From contig JADEYG010000002.1 of assembly GCA_016906335.1 (NCBI GenBank), positions 1,178,001-1,242,000 of the forward strand: a stretch of 64,000 bases of DNA. The letters run 5' to 3'. The stretch is from Novakomyces olei. Its lineage: Eukaryota. Below, piece by piece: positions 23,501-33,569 of the stretch. Position 1 is the stretch's first letter, and every line of letters begins with the position of its first letter. The position numbers and the translations under genes were made by a program. The notes under the pieces were generated by a model. The model worked only from the letters and a program-made list of their open reading frames with translations. It was not told the origin of the DNA and ran no database searches.

Positions 23501-23711
23501 TATTATATAGTGTACAGCTTATTATATAGTGTACAGCTTATTATAGTGTACAGCTTATTATATAGTGTACAGCTTATTATATAGTGTACAGCTTATTATA
23601 TAGTGTACAGCTTATTATATAGTGTACAGCTTATTATATAGTGTACAGCTTATTATATAGTGTACAGCTTATTATATAGTGTACAGCTTATTATATAGTG
23701 TACAGCTTATA
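23501..23711. repeat. 19-nt tandem repeat (TTATATAGTGTACAGCTTA) x~11
   Basis: Directly visible, in the divergent intergenic region. Confidence 0.95.
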
Positions 23712-23949
23712 CAGATGTAAAGTGCAGTTTAGTGTTTTTGGCTTTTGGTGCTATTACCGTCTCGAGTTTAGCGTAACGCGGTCCCCTTCAGTTGGGACGC
23801 ACTCGGCTTACTTTTGTTTGGCCAATGAAGTGGTGTGGCGGCGAGTAAACTACGGTTGTATAGTCGTGTCGCAACTTTGCTGGGCCCACAGTTACTGGCG
23901 TCAGGCATTGCTGTTGGACTGATAGCTGCAGCCATATGATCAGGGCACA

Positions 23950-24424
23950 ATGAGCTACCTCGTTCAAAGGATCCCGAACCGTGGCAATATGGCTCGCGAT
24001 CTAATGGCACTGGAACGGACGTACCTTTCGTGGATTCGGCAGGCTGTTTTATGCTGTACAGTCGCACTGTCAATGTACTCGGTCTTTGAAATTCAGGTCT
24101 ACACTGCCGCGTTTCCCGGGATGGCTCGCGCTATTCACGCCGTTACTTGTTCGTTTGCTGCTCTTTCAGCTCTAATGGCGATTCATTCACTGGAAAGGTA
24201 TTTGCTCTCGCGCTTTGCTTGGTGTCTCATGCGTTAGGTACATTGTGTCGGAGCCAATTCTCATTGAGCAAAACGTTTTCACCTATTTTCCCCTCGCAAT
24301 AATCGGTCTTGCGGCTTTGCTTTTAATGGTAGGCGTATCTGGTTTCGTTGCTGACCTAGAGATGGATGTTGCCGTGTTCATTCTTGCCGTATTCTCGACT
24401 AATAGCTTGCACGAAACTTTATAG
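23950..24424 (+). CDS. DUF202 (YidH/Vtc1-like) small membrane protein; intron ~24198-24237, possible second short intron
   Basis: IPNRGNMARDLMALERTYLSWIR motif followed by three hydrophobic segments. Confidence 0.75.
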
Positions 24425-25069
24425 CCTCCTAGTGCTCCTGTGGATTCGAGCCCAATCGGCTTGGGAGCGCCGTGTGACTGGCTGGGGCTATGTTTGATCG
24501 CGCTGATGCGCTAGCGTTCCAATTTGGGGTTAGCTGATTGCCTCAGATATAGTTTCTTCAGAGATTCAGAGATGTACATTTTCTACACTTTTTGTTTTTG
24601 TCTGTATATTGTTTTGGTCTATTTGTTTTGTCGGTTGGTTGGTTGGTTGGTTTGCTTGACGGTGTCTAGATTCGCATTTTGTACAGCAACGATCCGGGTT
24701 TGCTCGTGTTTTACTTTTAAAATGTTTTAATCGCAGCAGTAAATGTTTAACGCTTTAACCAGAATCCCTCTATATTATGACGAAAATTATATATATATAT
24801 ATATGAATGCATTGAGCCGACACTCCACAATCATCCATGCGGCTGATTTAACAGGTATGAGACTATTACCGAAAACACAAGCATAAAGCACAGTTTGCAG
24901 CAGTCGTCGGAATCTCCATTTCCTCACTCAAATCCCAAATGAAATGGTTCTCCCCCACCGCCTGCCTACTCCCTTCCCAGGCCAGCTTGGCGTAGCAGCC
25001 TTTGGCAAACGTCCCTGGACTATTGCCATTTGAGAGCTTGAAAACTCAATAAGAGTAACTCTTCCTTGT

Positions 25070-26722
25070 TCACCGACCTTGAACCCGGCGCACCTTTTTC
25101 CACCAATCAGGCTCAAAATTCTCGCCGTAGTTGATCCAGTCGGGTAAGAACCGGTGCACGCTGCGTTTGAACGCCCACGTTTCTGGTCTGCCATCCCACG
25201 CCCAAAACTGGTGGTTAGAATTAATCTTGATATAGAGATGGAAAGTGAGACGCGTAGCCCAATCTTGAAGGCTTGTTGCCGCGCATTGAACAATGTAACA
25301 GGGTAAAAAGAGCAGAACAAAATGAGGAGCGAATAAAATTAAGGAGCGAACAAAATAAAGAGCAAACAAAAACAAAGAGCAAACAAAAACAAAGAGCAAA
25401 CAAAAACAAAGAGCAAACAAAAACAAAGAGCAAACAAAAACAAAGAGCAAACAAAAACAAAGAGCAAACAAAAACAAAGAGCAAACAAAAACAAAGAGCA
25501 AACAAAAACAAAGAGCAAACAAAAACAAAGAGCAAACAAAAACAAACACATATACGTGACTTACGAGAGGGGGAATAATTGTAAAAGACTTCAACTTTCC
25601 AGCAGTAATATGCTGCAAAATGCTAATATCCAATTTGAAAGGAAGCCATTCATTCAGTTCAATGAGCATACTGCGAGCTGCGCTCTGAGTAAACACGTAG
25701 GCGGTAGCGCACAGCGGGTTGCGCGACCGGACAATAAGCCGGCGAGGGGTTCGATCGTGAAAGTACTTCTCCAGAATCTCGTACACCCAGTCGACCGAGA
25801 AAGGCTGAACGTTTTCCCGGTCAGCGGGCACTTCCTGGTACACTTCCGACATGGGCAGCCCACGGACACGCTGTTCGCCGTGCTCAAAAGGCTGTTCATA
25901 GCAAGCGCCCAAGTGCAGCATGTCCCACAGAGGATAGGTAAACGCAGAGTCAATGTCGCCACTGACACGGCGGAGAACAGGGCGCAGCTGAGTAACGATA
26001 CGGCGTATATTCAAGTCAAAATCCACATCGCCTTCCAGGACAAGAGCATTGGGCAAATTTAGCTGCACCATTGTACGCCAGACAGCAGCATGACTTAGGA
26101 ACTGGGCATAGTCAGATCCCTGCATGCCCATTGCTGCCGTATCAACTGCGTCAGGAAGGGCATTCGTGTCTGAAGCTGCTGCCGCCGGTGGCACTGCTGG
26201 CACTAGCGTCACATTGAGCCCAGCAGCAGACGCAGACAGCACCATATCGTCCACCAGATCCGGCCGCAGAGTATCGTATATTACGTATATCGCAGAAAAC
26301 CCTAAGGTTGAGTTCGACAGGGGAAGAATGGACATATAGTCGGCCTGCTCGCTCGAAACTGCCTCGGGCTTGACGAACCGAACTTTTGGTTTTCTCGGGC
26401 CGACGACGTGCACGTCGTCGTCGGCGTCGTCAGCGTCGTACCGACGGCGAAGCCGACTGTGCACTGTGCCATTGTGGCCGAGCTCAAACATATAGAGCAG
26501 CATGCAGACTGTGACTACCACTGCCGCCAGGGAAAACGCTAGCCGCCGCTGATTACGGGCTCTCTGGAGCCACAGGGTGAAGCCTCGCCATTGCGACCGT
26601 AGCCTGTGACCTGAAGCCAGTTTTTTAGAGCTTTTGCTTTCAGAGCTGTACGGGTCCGCTCCGGGGCTGTGTACGCTCCGGCTCGAACTCTCGCCGCCAC
26701 CAAACTGCGGCCTCACGCTCAT
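25070..26722 (-). CDS. Type II membrane glycosyltransferase, GT25-like; intron 25208-25564
   Basis: N-terminal TM anchor; SNSTLGFSAIYVI, SHAAVWRTMV, ALVLEGDVDFD, WDMLHLGAC, PLCATAYVFT, IIPPL|FWAW. Confidence 0.8.
   Translation of the reverse strand: MSVRPQFGGGESSSRSVHSPGADPYSSESKSSKKLASGHRLRSQWRGFTLWLQRARNQRRLAFSLAAVVVTVCMLLYMFELGHNGTVHSRLRRRYDADDADDDVHVVGPRKPKVRFVKPEAVSSEQADYMSILPLSNSTLGFSAIYVIYDTLRPDLVDDMVLSASAAGLNVTLVPAVPPAAAASDTNALPDAVDTAAMGMQGSDYAQFLSHAAVWRTMVQLNLPNALVLEGDVDFDLNIRRIVTQLRPVLRRVSGDIDSAFTYPLWDMLHLGACYEQPFEHGEQRVRGLPMSEVYQEVPADRENVQPFSVDWVYEILEKYFHDRTPRRLIVRSRNPLCATAYVFTQSAARSMLIELNEWLPFKLDISILQHITAGKLKSFTIIPPLVSHVYVFVFVCSLFLFALCFCLLFVFVCSLFLFALCFCLLFVFVCSLFLFALCFCLLFVFVCSLFLFALYFVRSLILFAPHFVLLFLPCYIVQCAATSLQDWATRLTFHLYIKINSNHQFWAWDGRPETWAFKRSVHRFLPDWINYGENFEPDWWKKVRRVQGR
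25349..25547. repeat. 17-nt tandem repeat (AAACAAAAACAAAGAGC) x~11 inside the GT25 intron
   Basis: Directly visible array. Confidence 0.95.
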
Positions 26723-26847
26723 GGCCCAGTGTGTCTCCTGTATTATTGTCAAATTAATACGAGCATACTATTTTCACGCGAGTCGGAAAGGTTCGCACGT
26801 GGTGGATCTGTATTATATTCAGACTGCACTATGCTAACACTGTCGTT

Positions 26848-26906
26848 TTAGGGTTAGGGTTAGGGTTAGTTAGGGTTATCTTAGGTTTTATAATTAGTTA
26901 GGGTTA
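26848..26906 (+). repeat. Interstitial telomere-like TTAGGG cluster
   Basis: Three perfect tandem TTAGGG plus two more nearby. Similar clusters elsewhere (see findings). Confidence 0.85.
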
Positions 26907-27061
26907 TTATTGTCAATACTAGGGAAAAAGGCGGTAAAAGCGACGCATGGCAATGGCCAAAGAGTCGCTGCAGGTGCACAGCTGTGTACACGAGAATATA
27001 CGGATTAGGGACCTAGTTACAGTTACTACTCTACACAAAATAAACTAGTGTTTTGGCACTA

Positions 27062-28872
27062 TTATGCCTGTTTTTCCATGGCGCTCTCAGCAGTGCTTTC
27101 AGCAGGGCTCTCAGCGGTCTCCTTCCCTTGGGGGCAATATGTTCCATCTGGCTGCAGCACACCGAGTCGGTCGTACAGCGTACGTGCACGAACATACTTG
27201 TCCAGTATCCAATACTGTAATCCCAACACGCGTGCCACATTACTACGCTTTTGTGCGTGGGGCGAATCAAGTGTCGTTGACCGTTCAGAGGCCCATCTAA
27301 TAGTCAAATCCTCATATTGCTTGTAGTACGCACTGCGCTCACGCAAGATTTCATCACGGCGCTTTGTGTCCTCCTGGGCCTCGTTCTCGCCCGGCTGAGG
27401 CTCTGGGTATTCGTAGCTCCAGTTCATTGGACCACCCAGCTCCTTGATAATCTCACTAGGCTCAATAAACTTGCCGAGATCATTCAAGTTGCGAGTAAAT
27501 TGGATCTTGCTCGCCACGACAGGATCAAGCCATCCTTTAATGATATTCCAAACGCCCTGGAATACCCACGGCGCCTTGTGAATGAGCAAGACGCCAAGCG
27601 ACTCGGGGTAATGCGCTTCAAAACATTTTATTATAAAGCGTACAGGATTGTAGTCCATGTTGGCCAGCTTGTAGAGTTAGCAAAGACTTGCAACAAAAGA
27701 TTTGATGGGTAATCGTTGGCAGAGTCTTTCGTATAGCCACATCGAAATAACAACAAAAAAAAAAAAAAAAAAAAAAAACCAAATATTTTACTCACCGAAA
27801 AGTCAGTCATATCGAAAATAACGCACGCAGTGTCAACCGGAGGTTTAAGCATGAGCCTCCCCGTCTCCATTACGTAAACGGTAAACTTTTCAATCGTGGC
27901 ATCGTCCTGTTCCTTTGGTTTGTGCAGGCGGACACGCACATAGCACAGAGGCCGGCCACGTTTGTCCGTGCCGTGGAAGAAGCTTTTGCCTACACGCATC
28001 TGTTGTAGGAAAGGCTCATCCTTGTCCAATGCGCCTTCCTCGCCCGTCCGGAGAATAGCATCAACGTCAAGAACCTTGACTCGCCAATGCATAGACGCCA
28101 CCATCATGACTACAGCTTCGCCAACGTCCCATTTGCGAGCGCGTAAAAACCGAAGCAGCAGCGAATCTGGATCATCGCACTTTACCAGGCTCCAAAACGT
28201 CTGCCGCAGCTCTTCCGGAGACTGATTTTCCAAAGCTTCGAGGTACTCGAGCCGAGACTGGTACTTTTCTTCCTGTTGCAACGCGCCCACTGTACTGGCC
28301 TCACTGCGGTTTGAAGAGGCAACCGAAGTCGCAGCTGAAGTAGCGGTTGAGCCAGTATTACGTCTCAGCAGTCCACGGCGACGTCGAGCTGGACTCTTTT
28401 CTTCAGGCACTCCAAGCGTACCGTCAGAGAGCCCATAATTCGCTCCGTTTTCTTCTCCGTCTTCGCCCATTGCACGTTTACGCTCGTCAGCTGCATCAGG
28501 CCGCCCAAATATTTGCAGTACTCGGGCCCACATGTCCTTCAGAGCCTCGTTCTGCTCTACTGTTAAATGACCAGGCCTGCCTTCCGCGACCAGCGGTGCC
28601 GGCCCACTGTCGTCATCCAGACGAATTGCTCCTCCCGCACCAAAAACGAGCGGGAGCGCAGCGGCAAAGTACCAGTAGCGTGAGCTGCCATACCCTCGAT
28701 CATGGTGAGCAGTACTTTCACGGTGCCTGATCTGATCGCTGTGCGGTCTGCAAGCATACCCTACCGTCGTCGCTGCCGCTGCAGAGCCGGCAATTAGTGG
28801 CAGCGCTACGCGCCCACGCGCCACTGAGGCGCTACGCGCCGCAATTGCTGTCCGCACTGCTCCGCTAGACAT
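27062..28872 (-). CDS. CSR1: Sec14/CRAL-TRIO phosphatidylinositol transfer protein, Csr1/Sfh2-like; intron 27668-27795
   Basis: PDSLLLRFLRARKWDV, GTDKRGRPLCYVRVRLH, FDMTDFS|LANMDY, EAHYPESLG, WLDPVVASKIQFT, YWILDKYVRARTLYDR. Confidence 0.85.
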
Positions 28873-28989
28873 ACATGCCCTGCCTCTGGCGGCTGTTAAT
28901 ACAGTATCTATGATGTATACACCTAATTATAGGTACTATTCTTAACGGTGCCACTTTTATACTTTATTTTATTGTATATATACATATAT

Positions 28990-29096
28990 TTTATATATAC
29001 TTTATATATACTTTATATATACTTTATATATACTTTATATATACTTTATATATACTTTATATATACTTTATATATACTTTATATATACTTTATATA
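28990..29096. repeat. 11-nt tandem repeat (TTTATATATAC) x~10
   Basis: Directly visible, in the CSR1/HNT1 divergent promoter. Confidence 0.95.
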
Positions 29097-29318
29097 TGAT
29101 CTAACTTGATTTAATTTAATTAACTCAATTCAATTCATTTTAATAAATTAATTAATTAATTAATTAATTTAATATATACTTTGCATTATCGGTTCAAGTC
29201 TATTCCTCTTACTTGGCCGTCGACACTATTAGGGCAGTGAAGGATCCCCTCATCCACCTCACCGGCGTGTAACCCGATACTCCACGCGGCCGACCGAACC
29301 TGTCCGGAGAAGTCTACA

Positions 29319-29998
29319 ATGTCGTGCATCTTTTGCCGCATTATCAAAGGTATATTGGCTCCTTGCGGTCGTGCATTTGCTGATCCGTGTGCTTTTGCCG
29401 GTCGCTTTGCCCAATGAGAGGAGGGCAGAGTACCGGACTGGAGCATTTACAAATAGGTGAAATTCCCTCGTACAAATTGCTCGAGACGGACAAGACGTAA
29501 GCTCGGGAACGAAGACGGAAATATAATGCGATCAGCGCTAATGTCGCCAGCTACTCTTTCCTCGACATTGGTCCTCTGAGTGAGGGTCATTCTGTAGGAT
29601 ATAATGCTGACTCGCTTTGCTGATTGCCAGCTGGTTATCCCGAAAGAACACGCGCAATTCTTGCATGACCTTTCAGACGAATCACTAAAGGATATTCTGC
29701 CAGTTGCGAAGCGTCTGGCGACCGCTATTGGTGCGGAAAACTACAACATTCTCCAGGTAGGCATTGATTGGCATTACGACGCTAAAGCTAATTTCTAGAG
29801 TATGTGTGGCCCACACCGGTTTGACCATCTAACACTATAGACAATGGCCGCTTGGCACATCAGGTTGTCGACCATGTGCACTTCCATATCATTCCGAAAC
29901 CTGACCAGGCTCAGGGACTCGGGATCGGGTGGCCTACTAAGCCTGCCGACCAGACACAGCTCAAGGAGCTCGCTGAAAGGCTGAAAGAAAAACTGTAG
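29319..29998 (+). CDS. HNT1: HIT-family adenosine monophosphoramidase Hnt1; five introns including a 1-nt exon at 29799
   Basis: Spliced MSCIFCRIIKGEIPSYKL...FLDIGPLSEGHSLVIPKEH...YNILQNNGRLAHQVVDHVHFHIIPK, with the HxHxH triad. Confidence 0.93.
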
Positions 29999-30099
29999 TT
30001 TAACCAAGCACGGACTTGACAGCTTCAAGTGTTGGCTTCCTCCTAGTACTCCAACTCAGCCAGCCGAGCGTATACTTGAATATGACTGTACAATCAAAC

Positions 30100-30734
30100 C
30101 TAACTGCCCCTGACTGGTCTTGTACCCCTAAACCCACCTCGTGTAGGAGCCCCACGTCCGCGCGTTGAAGCCGTTGGTGTAGTATAACCCCTGCCACGGC
30201 CACGGCCACGCGTGCTTGCGGCAGTACGCGTTGGCACAGCAGAGGCCTGTCGCGCTGGAGGCCGTTCCACAAAGGACGCGTCGTTTGTTAAGAACGTCGC
30301 GTCTTCTTCATAGGCGTTTAAAGGTACGTGAGCGATAGGGTTTGCCGCCGCTGCGGCGGCACGGGCATCCTCAATCGTGTACCGCTCCAGAGCCCGTTGT
30401 AACGCGTCTGTGGAGGGCGCCTTTTGATATTAATGTGATTCTATCCAAACCATCATACCTCTGGGAAATCACTGCAAAAGGCGTTCATGTTGAGGCCGTA
30501 CAGGAAACTTGCAAAACTCTCGTTGAACTCTGTTAGACTGGTGGAGACCATATTGAGCAAATTCAAGTTTTCAACAACATCGGCAAAGTTGTCTGTTAAT
30601 TCGGCAAAAACAGGCTCAAAAGTGTCAAGCGGATGGCTCAAGTCTTCGGTATTGGTCCGCGATGCTGATAGTCGGCCAATTGAGCCTTTTTCAAATCGTC
30701 TTAGCGGCGTAGTCGGCCGCGAGTTACGCGACAT
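30100..30734 (-). CDS. DAM1: DASH/Dam1 kinetochore complex subunit Dam1; one short intron
   Basis: RPTTPLRR, FNESFASFLYGLNMNAFCSDFPE|AP, DATFLTNDASFV, RG-rich tail. Confidence 0.9.
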
Positions 30735-31446
30735 TGTTTGTATTTGCACGGCAACACGTGGATAAATCATTACTTTCCATAATACTTGCATTAACCCTAA
30801 CTAACCCTGTTTTTGTATTATCAACCCTAACCCTATCCGGCAGTTACACCAACTCTGCTGTGTAGCGCACGCTGATACGCGCACTCGTTTCGGTCCATGG
30901 TCTTTACGCCCTTTTCGCCGTCAAACAACGCTTATATACAAGACGGACTGCCTTTTCGCGACAGCATTTACAATTACCGTATTATGTTTATTATATTTGC
31001 CAGTTGACTCGTCGTCGCCATAGACTGTAACAAAAATCCAAAAAATACAGCAACACCCAATCGTCTATGAGCCAAACGTCTACGGGCCAAAGCATATTTA
31101 AAATATGAATACAGTGTAACTACGAGAGCAAACAACACAGCCCGGTCTCTGCGAATGATGAAACCATAAATGTACAGAATCGCTGATGGCCCTGTAAAGC
31201 CTTTGCCGTATACTGAGCGAAAACGTACGTATCGGCCCTATCGCAAGCGCTACAATAATATTTACGAAAACCCTGTAATTTTCTTGTGTGGGGGCCGAGC
31301 ACTGCCCACCGATAAGCAATGGCCCCCACCAGCAATGGCCCCCACACAACGATATAAATAGACGCTCGCGCACAGCCGCAGAGTAATCGCCGACCTGTCG
31401 ATTGCAGTACTGAACCCGTATCGAGCATCGTCCGTCCAACATACAA

Positions 31447-32775
31447 ATGGCAAACACCGATCCCGGATACCAAAAGGACGCCAATGCGTTGCGGCCAGAC
31501 TTGCTAGAGTACCTCGATCCTGTATATATAAAGCATCACAACACCCATCAAGGTACGCAGCCCGGGACAGGCTTGTCAGTGCTACTTTTGCTATTCTCTT
31601 GCATGCTCTTTCAATCTATCGCCACCTTCAATCTTTGCCACTTTTAATCTAATACCGCTTTTTCAATCTATCGTCACTTTCAATCTATCGTCACTTTCAA
31701 TCTATCGTCACTTTCAATCTAATGTCACTTTCAATCTATCGTCACTTTCAATCTAATGCCGATCTATTGCCAATCTATTGCCAATATGCTAACTCGTCTA
31801 GTCGACAGGCTTATGGCCCACCAGGTGCCTTATGAAGAATTTGCACGCAACGAGAGCTTTTATCGGGTCAAGGCCGGAGTAGAGCCAGTCGAGTCCAAAC
31901 ACGCTGTCCGGCACGAGCGGGTTCCTGTAACGCACCCCGACATGGATATCGGCGTGGACGTGTATACCCCACCCGGCGACGGGCCTTTCCCCTGCCATAT
32001 TAACCTTCACGGAGGCGGATGGGTCATTGGCGGACTGGAGGACGATGCCCAGTGGTGCCGCACTATTACGGTCAAGGCAGCCTGTGTCGTAGTCAACGTC
32101 GACTACCGTCTGGCCCCCACTTACCCTTTCCCCACAAGTAATCGTGACTGTGTGGTGGCCCTGCACTACGTGTTGGACAATGCGGAGCGGCTAAAAGTTG
32201 ATGCCTCCCGTATCTCTGTCGGTGGCCTCTCTGCGGGTGGACATTTAGCCGCCTTTATCTCAATCTACGCTCGCGACAACAATATCCCGCTTGTACTGCA
32301 AATGCTCACGGTACCCGTGTGTGACGTGAGATACATACCTGTGTCACGTGAACAAGGTGCCTTGAAGGAGGCTAAAAACCCGTACAAGAGCTACCATTTG
32401 TTTGAGCATGCGCCTTGCTTGCCTCTGGCCCGAATGCAATGGTTTGCTGATCTCTGGCTGGGCACGAGCCCAGAGGCACGTGCTCAAGCAGAGTCGTGGG
32501 AGGCGAGTGTTATTACCCACCCTGACTTGCGCAACGTTGCTCCTGCCATTTTCTTGATTGCCAACGTTGATCCCCTGCGAGACGAGGCTCTCGCTTACGC
32601 GGAGAAGCTGAAGGAGGCAGGAGTGCCTACTGACGTGCACGTGTTTGAGGGGGTACCACATCCTTTTGCTCACTGGACGGCCGTACTGGACCAGGCTCGG
32701 CAGTACAATGAAATCACAATCAACGCTCTAAACAAGGCTTACTACCACGAGTCGCCAGACAAGAAGGAGGAGTAG
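31447..32775 (+). CDS. Alpha/beta hydrolase, HSL-like esterase/lipase; intron 31553-31801
   Basis: HGGGW, VDYRLAP, GLSAGG nucleophile elbow, DPLRDE, HPF. Confidence 0.9.
31611..31785. repeat. 17-nt tandem repeat (CAATCTATCGTCACTTT) in the esterase intron
   Basis: About 9 perfect or degenerate copies visible. Confidence 0.9.
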
Positions 32776-33569
32776 TCGTCTCGTATACGTAGGGAATTAT
32801 AAAGCACGGATCACTCTATAGCAATTTAATGTACTCTCCTTTGAAATTTGGCCAGTTAGGGTCGAGATTGGACACTCGCAAGATTTGAATACAAGTTTAG
32901 GGTTAACAAGTGTAGGGTTAACAAGTGTAGGGTTAATCTTGGGGGTTAATCTTGGACCAAGACGGAGCACATTCTGTGCCGTTGCCGTCCGCTAAACCCG
33001 GCATACGTCGAGTAATGCAATTCTTGTAAAGTGTCACATTAATGTACAAATCCAGTCCCATCATGCATAGTTTCTAAATACATTGTATAATTCCAAGAAC
33101 AGCGTCGTCAATATCGCCAAACAGACTACCTGTGCCGAGCAGAATAATCGTCCAAACTACCTTTAAAATGCATCGTCTATTACATTGCTCATACATATTG
33201 CACACAATCTTTCGGCGGGTAACATTGCCAAGCAGAAAAATTTTGGTCACCTCAAAACCCGTACACACACAGAAAGAAGATACAAATAGAATAAAATTAA
33301 AAAAAATGAAAAATAAAAAATAAATATAAAAAACAAATATAAAATTAAAATTAAAATTAAAAATAAATAATAAAAAATAATAAATAAATAAAAAAAAAAC
33401 AAATACAAATACAAATACAAGTACAATACAAGAAAATGGTAATACTAAAGAAAAGAATTATAGAGGCAAAAACTACGATCCAAAGTAGCCGTAGACACAA
33501 TAGCGGTAAGCTGGTCCAAACATTTTGTACAACGACAAAAACGCTTCACGCAATCCAGGAAAGGTGGGC

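Noticed and set aside
25221-25578. Several overlapping hydrophobic or Lys-rich ORFs
   Set aside because: Artefacts of the 17-nt intronic repeat.
26848-26906. Chromosome end
   Set aside because: Only a few repeat units, flanked by ordinary genes on both sides.
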